From contig JBHGNT010000013.1 in the NCBI GenBank assembly GCA_043228905.1, positions 19,840,001 to 19,904,000 on the forward strand: a stretch of 64,000 nt of DNA, given 5' to 3'. A model generated the notes under the pieces. The model was not told the DNA's origin and did no database searches. It was given only the letters and a program-made list of their open reading frames with translations. Within the stretch, counting starts at the first letter, position 1. Every line of letters starts with the position of its first letter. A program made the position numbers and the translations under genes. Shown here piece after piece: positions 9,081-17,823 of the stretch. Origin of the DNA: Azolla caroliniana (taxonomy: Eukaryota; Plantae; Polypodiophyta).

Positions 9081-12000
9081 ATGTCTTCAAAGATAATCGA
9101 GCGCGAGGACTCCAGGTAGGCCTCTGACACTGTGGACATTTTTGTAAATATGTTTCGTTTCTCAAGAACTCGATACGCTGTATCGAGTTCATGTATACAA
9201 TACAAATATTTATACATGAACTCGATACGACGTATTGAGTTCCTGTTTAAAGTGTAGGTTTCAAACAGGAACTCGATCCGCCATATCGAGTTCGTGTTTA
9301 AAACCTACACTTTAAACACGAACTCGATACGCCGTATCGAGTTTGTGTTTAAAACCTACACTATAAATAGGAACTCGATACACCGTAGGTTTTAAACACG
9401 AACTCGATACGGCGTATCGAGTTCGTGTTTAAAACCTACACTTTAAACAGGAACTCGATACGCCGTATCGAGTTCGTGTTTAAAACCTACACTATAAATA
9501 GGAACTCGATACGGCGTATCGAGTTCCTATTTAAAATTCAAACTTTAAACACGAACTCGATACGGCGTATCGAGTTCCTGTTTGAAACCTACACTTTAAA
9601 CACGAACTCGATACGGCGTATCAAGTCCCTGTATATAAGAAGGCTTTGAGAGAGAAAAATCGTGTTTTGGGGGTAACAAATATTTATGGGGTGGAAATGA
9701 TATCAAATTGTCTGGCAAAATCAGTCTTTTTTATGTTGACTTTCCTTACTTTTAAAAAAAAACATGCTCTAATTATAGGTGTTTTAGGACCTACTTTAGC
9801 TTAAAATAGTAGAAAATGATCCACAAATTGCCTTTACGATAGCAAATTCTCCTCAATATAGGTTTAGAATCTATATAAGTCATACCTACTATTTAAGTCA
9901 TATATTTTCTAGGTTGAATAGCCCTGCCTATAATAGATTTTTGAATATGTTACTGCTCCTGGGAACTGTTCTTCATTATAATATACAACCTCAATCTACG
10001 TGACTACCTAACTTATGTTTTTGCATATACTTTCTTAAATAGGTCGTTTGAGAACCTGTCGGACCGACCCGTGAAGAAAATAAAGCTTCGCATACAAGGT
10101 TCTCCAATCGAAGCCCATACCAAGGTAGCTCTTGAGACCATGAAGAGAAGAAAAAAGCTTCTCTTTAACGAAGAGACAAAATCTCAGCCACATAGTGATG
10201 TTAGCCAAAAGAAACTTGTCGCCGCTACTGGAGGCGAAGACCTTCCTGACCGAGATCTAATGGACAAGGAATGGTGTATGCAATATGTCGACTCAAAGAA
10301 AAAAGTCGTATTGTATACAGCAAAGAAGAAGGTTGAGGGGCAGCTTGGAAAGGAAACCCCATTTATGTATGGCCGTATTCTACGATTTGACTACGAAGAT
10401 GCAGATTCGGCCAACATACTGGTAATGATAGAGTGCTCCAAGGGGGTACGTAAAGTGTTCCTTTCAGAAGACCTTTTAGTAAAGGAATCTTGTGGGCCAG
10501 AAGTGTTCAAAAAAGCACTTGATAACTCACAAAACCTTATTGTTACCTTGAGGCCTTATATACAAGGCCATGTAACTCTAAGAGATGAAGTGCCCTCCCC
10601 ATTGAAGGCCACAAAAAAGGTATCCAAAGTCCAGTCAAGACCAGCAAAGAAGAAGACAACGAAAATGTCGGATACGGATTCAACAAGTGAAAATGAAGAG
10701 GAGGATAATAAGGGGACGCCAGGAGCCGAGCTGGCCTCGGGTGTTTTGTCATCCGAGCAGAATAAAATAAGGAGAGAGTTAATGCAACAGAAGCTGGTCA
10801 GGAAAGGGCAAGTATTTAATTTGCCTATAACACACATCCATCGGCCCCCTATTGATGAAAAAACAAGTCGAAGACCACTTGAGATTAGAGAGCCTCACCG
10901 CATGCATGTTCAAAATCTCAAGAAAAAAATGAAAATTAATCCTCATGCCACTGTAGTGCCTTTTATTGTTATGGTAGATCCTGAAGAATGTGAAACCATT
11001 GAAGATTTTGATATTAGAAAGCATGATCAATATAATTATTTTGTCATTGGTGGATCGCATTCAGCAGAGGCACGTCGGCAACTTGTGAGAGAACATCCAA
11101 CCACTTTCTTCTTCAAGTATGCCGAGTGCAAAATTTATGTTGGGCTCACAACCGAAGAGGCTAAGCTGTTGGCATGGGACCATAATAATGATAATGACTA
11201 TAGGCAGAAAATGTCGTCTATTGAGCGTATACGGTTCTTCCACCACGAGTATTTAGATGTGAAACAAAAGTTTGGTGTGAAGTTACATCCAGGCCTTCGA
11301 CGTCAATGTCTGCATGAAGTCGGCATTGTGGTAGATGATAATGTTAGGTCCGATGGTCTTCGAAAGTATGAGTCTTGGTTTCAATTGGCGTTTAGAGATG
11401 GAGAAGTATGGGACCTACAAGATCAAATCTTCTCAATGTGGGAGAATAACGAGGTAAAGGGTCAACGACAAAAGAAATGTAGGGTTGACCCTCAACTAGA
11501 GTTAAAGTCACAAGCCGCCAAGAAAATTGACTTGACAATTGAAGAAGCGGCAGATGACATGAAGCTGTCTCTATGGAGAGCGATGCAAGGTATTAAGGAC
11601 GAGCAGCTTCTTGTGTCGGTTTTGTCAAGGGTTGTGGCGAAAGATTTAAGCCTTGAAGAAATGGTCACTAAGTTCAATAAGTAAGTCTTTCAAATACTGA
11701 AATTGTAGTCTATCTGGTGTAATTCAAAGTTCTAATCTTGATTTCTAATTTTACAGTCATAAGGTGTACATGAAGATCCAAGAAGTTATGATGAAACAAC
11801 TTGGACGTATAACTTGGGAACAAGTGACCGAGGATTATCCTCTAACGTCTTTGTATAAGGCGTTATCAGAGTATTTTATTGCATTCAAGGATTGGGTTAG
11901 TATTCATGTTTTTTCATTACCCTTTCATCATATGTAGAGCTTGTATAATAATACTTGATGTCCTATTGCTTCTATTAGAAACCGTGTCGAGGCAAGAAAC

Positions 12001-13268
12001 AAGGAGAAGTTAAGGATATACACGATTTCCCTACATCCTTCCTTGCACATCTCGAGCGAGCCAGAAAAGAAAAGGATCGTCGCTTAGTCAAGGCGTACGA
12101 AATGGAGGAAGATGGCTCGTTTAAAAAATTTAGCCACAAAAAAGATATTACGAGAGATCTTTACTACAATGTGGTTTGCGGTGATGTCATCGATTTGATC
12201 CAGAAGGTGCCAAAGAAGGAATATACGCTAATGATTGCGGATATTCCTTACGGATTTCGAATGGCTGGGTCATCATACGACGATGAACCGTTTAGGTTTA
12301 AACAATTGGAGAAGATGGTCAAGGATTTCGCTGAGCTAACGACCGCATCCTTGTGGCGAATAGTTGTCTTTCATAGTATGGACCAAGGGTACTCGGTAGC
12401 TCAAGCTTTGAGATCTCGTTGCCATGGCATCGAGAACCTTGCATGGTAAGGATTATTTATAGGTGTCTTTCACTATATTGCAATTCTTAAGGTTGTTGAA
12501 TCTATTCTTAACTCGATGAATTATTTTTTATAGGATCAAGACCAATGTAAATAGAGGGCCAACTTTTCGGTTCGTTAATGCCATTGAATACATAACGGTT
12601 GGCTACTTCGATGAAATTAAGAAACAGAGAATCAAAGAGCATTCTAATGAAGTGGGAGGTTCAAATCTGTTGGTATATCCAGCAGTGACTCGGAAATTGC
12701 GACATGTCACCACGACAGAACGGGGACTTGTCAACCCATACCAAAAACCTCAACGACTTATGATGCGCTTGATCGAGATGTTTTCTGTCGAAGGAGACTG
12801 GATATTAGATCTCTTTTCTGGCACAAGTATTCCTCGAACTAGGGTAACGATCTTGAGATAACCAATCACTTTTTTTTCGTTTGACAACTAAATCTTCTTG
12901 TTACTTACATCACAGGAACTACGTCAGCATGTGCATTGAAGCTGTTTAGAAATACAGTTGCATTGGAGAAGGACGAGGACCAAGTTATATTTATTAATAT
13001 GCGGATTAAGGCTTTGTGGGAGTGCCCAGACCAGGATGAGGAGGTCGGTGCAAAGAACCTCGCCAATACAGAAAGGTTTCAACCTGCTTCGCGAGAGCCT
13101 ATTCCTCCGTTAGCCGGCGAACCGGGGGAGCTAATAGAGCTTGATGATGAGCTTATAGAAGATATTTCGTTGGCTCGACTAACAGGGGAAACCAATGCAC
13201 GTATAGCCGAAGACAGTTCTACACAAGATGATGAAGAAAATGACGTTGATGAATTGATTGCTATGTAA
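9081..13268 (+). CDS. Six-exon 974-aa ParB/Srx-like domain + beta-class N6-adenine/N4-cytosine DNA methyltransferase fusion
   Basis: Exons 9081-9115, 10043-11680, 11757-11895, 11979-12445, 12534-12826 and 12916-13268 all have GT-AG junctions with matching phases (2925 nt, no internal stop). ParB-like core: LPITHIHRPP..REPHRMHVQNLKKKM..PFIVMV..YFVIGGSHSAEARRQL..WDHN. MTase: GDVIDLI..LMIADIPYG (motif IV-like)..AWIK..NPYQKPQRLMMRLIEMFSVEGDWILDLFSGT(R)TTSACALKLFRNTVALEKD (motif I after motif IV). Confidence 0.85.
9166..9628. repeat. Tandem array (~51-bp period) of 25-bp palindromes GAACTCGATAC-NNN-GTATCGAGTTC in intron 1
   Basis: Palindrome starts at 9166, 9218, 9269, 9320, 9371 (half copy), 9400, 9451, 9502, 9553 and 9604. 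The linker (GTGTTTAAAACCTACACTTTAAACAC-like) occurs in both orientations. Confidence 0.95.
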
Positions 13269-14282
13269 TAGACTCTATAAAGAATATGACACTGACGATT
13301 TGTTAAGATTTCACATTATTAATACAAATTTTGGGTTTTACCTAGTGGATTCTATTCTTTATAATCTTCTATATGTTTCAATTTTATTTTTATATACTTG
13401 ATTAGTAGATTTATGACATTGGTTTCACCGCGTGCATAGCTGACTACCAAACTTATGGAGAAACATGAACTAGTTTAAATGGAGGCTGATTTTGGTCCAA
13501 GCTAACCTTAACAGAACATGGCCCTATAATTGTTGCCATGACTGTCCATGTTGTTATTATGGATCTTTGTCTTTTATTGTTAAAACTATTATGTTTCTAT
13601 TCCATTGCTGCTTAGATTGTGTAGTGTGTTGATAATGGTTCCAGTTGCGTTATCGTTCGGAGTTTGATCTTGTGTGAATCACCTAAGCAATAGAGTAGAT
13701 CAATTTTAAATACAGGTATGAAAGCCTAATAGGTTTGTTATTTCCATGACATTATCCTAAAGTTCACTGCCTTACATTGTGCACAATTATATACACATAT
13801 GGTTTGATCCCATATGAACAAACTGAGGAATAGATTAGATCAACTTTAAATACAAGTATTGAATACTTTAATAAGTTAGTTATTCCAATCACTTATCCTA
13901 ATGTGCATTATCCTACATTTTCCACAATTACATACATGCACGTATGGGTCAAAGTATAAATTATATCTCATTTTATTAGTATGGATACAAGTACACCTCA
14001 TATTTTTGTAAAACCTACCTAATTAATATAAGTCTTTAAGTTAGTGTTTCCCTTGTCGCACAATAGTGCCATATTGAGCCATAGTTGAACTTTATTATGC
14101 CTACATTAACTTATCAACATGTCTAAACTTGCATGATTTCTAATGATCTCCACTCGTAGATCTATCATGTATTTTTATATTTGCAAATTCTCATCAAGTT
14201 GAGGAACATGTGATACTAGTGCATCCAATTTTTGTAGAGAGGGTGTATTTGCTTCGTTTTAAGAAGATTCTACAAGTGGAAT

Positions 14283-14314
14283 GCGCAATCCTTCCACTTG
14301 TGAACGCGAACGTG
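14283..14314. repeat. Putative terminal inverted repeat (right end of element 1)
   Basis: GCGCAATCCTTCCACTTGTGAACGCGAACGTG|TT is 30/32 identical to 27695-27726, which is also followed by TT. Confidence 0.65.
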
Positions 14315-14335
14315 TTATCGCAAAAACAACATTTT

Positions 14336-14376
14336 TTCAACCAAAATCCAATGCACTGCATCGGATTTTGGTTGAA
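14336..14376. repeat. 41-bp near-perfect palindrome
   Basis: TTCAACCAAAATCCAATGCA-C-TGCATCGGATTTTGGTTGAA, 20-bp arms with 1 mismatch. Confidence 0.9.
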
Positions 14377-14502
14377 GGTCCTGCCTTTCAGAATTGCTTT
14401 CCAAGTTCGTTGTACAAAATAAAATAAAATTTCTATGTGTTGAGGAAAGGAATCTTTAAGGAATCTTTAGGAATCTTAAAAAATGTAAAGAATATTACTA
14501 AC

Positions 14503-14528
14503 CTGACGATTTTCTTTCCCGTGTTCAT
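14503..14528 (-). CDS. Putative first mini-exon (MNTGKKIV-R) of a partner gene divergent from transposase B
   Basis: Minus-strand CTATATAA (14646-14653), an AGAGCAC-containing leader, and ATG...GTC AG|GTTAGT as a phase-2 donor. This mirrors exon 1 of the 9081 gene. Confidence 0.45.
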
Positions 14529-14825
14529 GATTCGTGCCGAAGGTAGTGTTGTCGACGATGTGCTTCTGAGTGCTCGAAAATTGGCCTGTGCTCTGAGCTC
14601 GATGGATTCGTTCACGTGATAATGAAAATGAAATTTCTAACCTCCTTATATAGAAGACTTTAGCTTTCCTTTTAAAATAAAAAATAATTTTTAATTATTT
14701 GTTTTTTAGGAAAATGTCGGAAAATAATATAGTTAATCTAAGTGTTCGGGTAGTTATATAGTTAGGCTTTAGTATTCCTTAATTTTCTCAAAAGAAGGTT
14801 TTAGAATATAGTTAGACTCCCTCAA

Positions 14826-17498
14826 ATGTCTTCTTCTACAAGTAGAACATCTCTTTTTTCTATTGCCCCCTTTTCATTGTCAGACAACTCGTATTTCTCA
14901 ATAGAAGAGTACGACCACAAAAAACATTCGCGGCTTAAACAGAAAAGTGTGGCTCCTAGTACTTTGAATTCTCTGTTTTCAATTGATCCTGTTGATGGCC
15001 CTCTTAATGCAAGCTTACAAGCGGACGATTCTTCGTTGATAGATAACAATAGCATTACTAAACCTCTAGCATTTAAAAGAGTTCCTCGACAAGTTAGTGA
15101 AAAGAGATTTAATTTCTTATGTTCTGATCGTCAACTTCTATGCGACTTGAACAAATCGTGTTGTGCGAATCTCTGTCTATCAACTTATGGAAAGTCAAGG
15201 TTACGTGAAACACGACAAAAATACTTGTCGCTTAATGGGGAAGAGCAAGATACATTTCTTCTTTCGCATATGCAACTTAAATTGGATCACAAAGCAGGGC
15301 CTAATTCAATGCAAGTTGAATATTTCCTTGGACTAAATACCAAGTGTTGTCGAGCAGCTTTTAAAATCACTCATACCATTGGAAATATGCGGCTACAACG
15401 AGTTCAAGAGCGACTTCTGAAGGGCTCCTGGGTACAGTTCGATCAAAATGGTTCTGGATGTAAGGGTCAAATTGGGCAACAGGCAATTAGGTGGATGGAG
15501 GTATATTTTTCAAAACAGTGTGAAGTTATGCCAACGACAGGAAGACTTCATTTGTCAGATAACTTTACTGGAAGGGAAGTTTACCAATTGTACAAGGACG
15601 ACATTTCTTCCGATGTTGAGCCTTACATACAGTACAGGCATTTTAATCGACTATGGAGGTTACAATTTAATAACGTGGTTATCCCACGAAAGGTGCGAAT
15701 GGGAGTCTGCTCAATATGTGTGAGTTTAAAAAGTATGGCCAAGGGTGGAAAATCAGATGTAGAGATCAAGAATTACAAGAACCTGTTAAAAGAACATCGT
15801 GAAAGTCAGGCATTAGAACGTACTAAGGCTATGCATCACCGACAAAAAGCGTTTCAATCTCCCGAAAAGTATATGTGCATGATTATTGATGGCATGGATC
15901 AAAAGAAAACTTGTTTGCCGCATTTTCAAAGACTCCCCAAGGATATTGGAGATGAGTGTCTCGTGCAAATGCATCTAGTGGGTTGTTTGACATATTGTCA
16001 AACTATAAGACCGCAAGTGTTCTTAACTTATCCCAATATCCACAACGACCCTAATCTTACTGTCACTGTCATGCACAGGGTATTGCAATCATGGTCAGGT
16101 ATACTCCCGCCAGTTCTATATGTGCAACTAGACAACACAGCAAGAGAGAATAAGAACTCAACTTTCTTCGGCTATCTAAGCATGCTAGTAGAGAGGGGCA
16201 TATTTAAAAAGATAAAGGTTAACTTCTTGTTGGTTGGTCATACCCATGATCACATAGATCAAATGTTCAGTAGGTTCTCAAAGAAACTTGCTCGCTGTAA
16301 TGCTTTCACACTTCCCACGCTATCCAAATTGATTAGTGAAGCATATACACGAAAGCCTGAAGTACAACACTTGGAAGAAGTATACGACTTTAAACGTTTC
16401 TGCATGGATAGTGACGAGACTAAAGGTAGGGTGCTTGCACCTCTTAATAATATAAGTTTCAACCATGTCTTCCTCATAAAACAAAGAGCGGCCCACCTCA
16501 AGATGACAGTGTTGTTTGCGAAACAATACTCATCTAGTGCACAATGGGAGCCCCAAGAAGGTTGTAGGCTCCTTCTTCATATCCCAGATGAACCTCTACA
16601 TGGTGCACAACAAATGCCATATGATGATCGTAAAAATGTAGCACCAGATAGTACTATTGATGAAGAAAGGGCATATTGGTTGAGATGTCTAGCAGAGAAA
16701 CAAAATAATATTGATCAGACTAAGAAGTATGCCGGTGATGAGGACGTTGAATGGTGGGAGATTTTCTTCACCCATCAACGCACCATTTTAGATAATTACA
16801 TCGCCAGTTTATGGCCAATCCGTATCCCATTCACATGGAACATTGGGATGACATCAACGATATCGCAGACTCATCACCAACAATCGAATAATATGGAGCT
16901 TCATGATTTAGTTCGGCCACTGCAAAGAGATATTTATGTGGGACCAAGAAAGTCACGTACTGTTGAGGCAAGATGGCAAGGTAATTTGCAAGAACTACAA
17001 GTGGGAATGTTGGTTGCAACATTAGCAGGGGACGATACCTTGGGCCATCCATTTTGGATTGCAAAAATTATTGAATTAGTAAGGGATGAAGAAAGTAGTC
17101 AGACAAAGTCAATAGTAGTCCACTGGTATCAGACAAATTCACCTGATGCATTTACAGGAAAGTATTCTTTAGAGATGGTTAAGGATGTCGGATGTTCAAG
17201 CAGAAAGAGAAGAAGAAAGAATATACCGAGCACGGCTACTCTCGCACTAGACCGTGTTGACATACTAGTATATGACTTCTCATTGACAAAATCAGGTCAT
17301 CTAAGACAAGCAACTATCAAGATAATAAAGGAGAAAATCCCAAACATGGTGTCAAACGAAATACAGAGAATAACCAGAAGCAATTCTCATAACCACAAAG
17401 ATGTTGGGTTGAAATTGGATGAGGATAATGCTTTGATTGCCACTGATGATGAGGATGAGACGTCAGAATGCTCTTCTAGTCCATCAGACATGTCTTAA
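14826..17498 (+). CDS. Intact 890-aa transposase B (DDD/E-type, Sola-like/DUF7869-like motif pattern) with C-terminal SH3-fold reader-like domain
   Basis: Single uninterrupted ORF with IIDGMDQKK, QLDNTARENKN, FLLVGHTHDHIDQMFS, Cys clusters, VGMLVA..PFWIAKI..IVVHWY, an NLS-like RKRRRK and an acidic tail. Confidence 0.85.
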   Translation: MSSSTSRTSLFSIAPFSLSDNSYFSIEEYDHKKHSRLKQKSVAPSTLNSLFSIDPVDGPLNASLQADDSSLIDNNSITKPLAFKRVPRQVSEKRFNFLCSDRQLLCDLNKSCCANLCLSTYGKSRLRETRQKYLSLNGEEQDTFLLSHMQLKLDHKAGPNSMQVEYFLGLNTKCCRAAFKITHTIGNMRLQRVQERLLKGSWVQFDQNGSGCKGQIGQQAIRWMEVYFSKQCEVMPTTGRLHLSDNFTGREVYQLYKDDISSDVEPYIQYRHFNRLWRLQFNNVVIPRKVRMGVCSICVSLKSMAKGGKSDVEIKNYKNLLKEHRESQALERTKAMHHRQKAFQSPEKYMCMIIDGMDQKKTCLPHFQRLPKDIGDECLVQMHLVGCLTYCQTIRPQVFLTYPNIHNDPNLTVTVMHRVLQSWSGILPPVLYVQLDNTARENKNSTFFGYLSMLVERGIFKKIKVNFLLVGHTHDHIDQMFSRFSKKLARCNAFTLPTLSKLISEAYTRKPEVQHLEEVYDFKRFCMDSDETKGRVLAPLNNISFNHVFLIKQRAAHLKMTVLFAKQYSSSAQWEPQEGCRLLLHIPDEPLHGAQQMPYDDRKNVAPDSTIDEERAYWLRCLAEKQNNIDQTKKYAGDEDVEWWEIFFTHQRTILDNYIASLWPIRIPFTWNIGMTSTISQTHHQQSNNMELHDLVRPLQRDIYVGPRKSRTVEARWQGNLQELQVGMLVATLAGDDTLGHPFWIAKIIELVRDEESSQTKSIVVHWYQTNSPDAFTGKYSLEMVKDVGCSSRKRRRKNIPSTATLALDRVDILVYDFSLTKSGHLRQATIKIIKEKIPNMVSNEIQRITRSNSHNHKDVGLKLDEDNALIATDDEDETSECSSSPSDMS

Positions 17499-17823
17499 CA
17501 TATTGGTTTGGTTCAAGTTGGGGATTGTTTTACTACATGATCGGAAACTTTGTAAATTTGTTTTGGATGTAAATTCACGAATATGTATAATTGTAACTGG
17601 TAGACATGTTGTACATTATTTTGTAATTTTGGTGATGTATTTTTGGAGGCATTTTACTTATGCCTCAAAGTGGTAGTCATGTTGAAATTCAATATATTTT
17701 GCCACCTTTTCTGAAAAGCTTTACGCATGCGTCGTGTCTTTTTGAAAACTGCGTGCTTTTGTGCCCTTTTTCGACGTAGTGTTCTCATAATGCGACATAT
17801 TACCTGTTTCAAATGACCCGGTA

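Larger units (their letters stand above)
1..14314. mobile_element. Large DNA transposon 'element 1' (transposase on -, ParB-methyltransferase gene on +); left end outside window; interrupted by Ty3 element
   Basis: Divergent transposase (8275->1) and ParB-MTase gene (9081->13268). The right boundary is inferred from a 32-bp motif ending at 14314 that recurs (30/32 identical) at 27695-27726, downstream of a homologous transposase. TSD and left TIR are not visible. Confidence 0.7.

Noticed and set aside
9166-9628. CRISPR-like array (palindromic repeats with regular spacing)
   Set aside because: The spacers are near-identical to each other or inverted copies, there are no cas genes, and the array sits in a spliceosomal intron of a eukaryotic gene.
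8916-9649. Short repetitive ORFs (QSTQST; NSIRRIEF repeats)
   Set aside because: By-products of the 5' UTR 9-bp repeats and the 51-bp intron array. Only the terminal MSSKIIEREDSR corresponds to exon 1.
10043-13268. Bacterial/phage contamination as source of the ParB-MTase
   Set aside because: It has five in-phase GT-AG introns and a TATA promoter, and it is contiguous with plant LTR elements and genes.
13660-13935. Two imperfect ~135-bp direct repeats downstream of the MTase gene
   Set aside because: Diverged local duplication with no recognisable structure; kept only as element-internal sequence.
16230-16265. GHTH read as an HUH (Helitron/Replitron) endonuclease motif, with the 14272-14301 hairpin as a rolling-circle terminator
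   Set aside because: No helicase or obvious catalytic Tyr motif was recognised. The motif context fits DDD/E enzymes, and the hairpin is not conserved at the 27695 terminus. Structure prediction would settle it.
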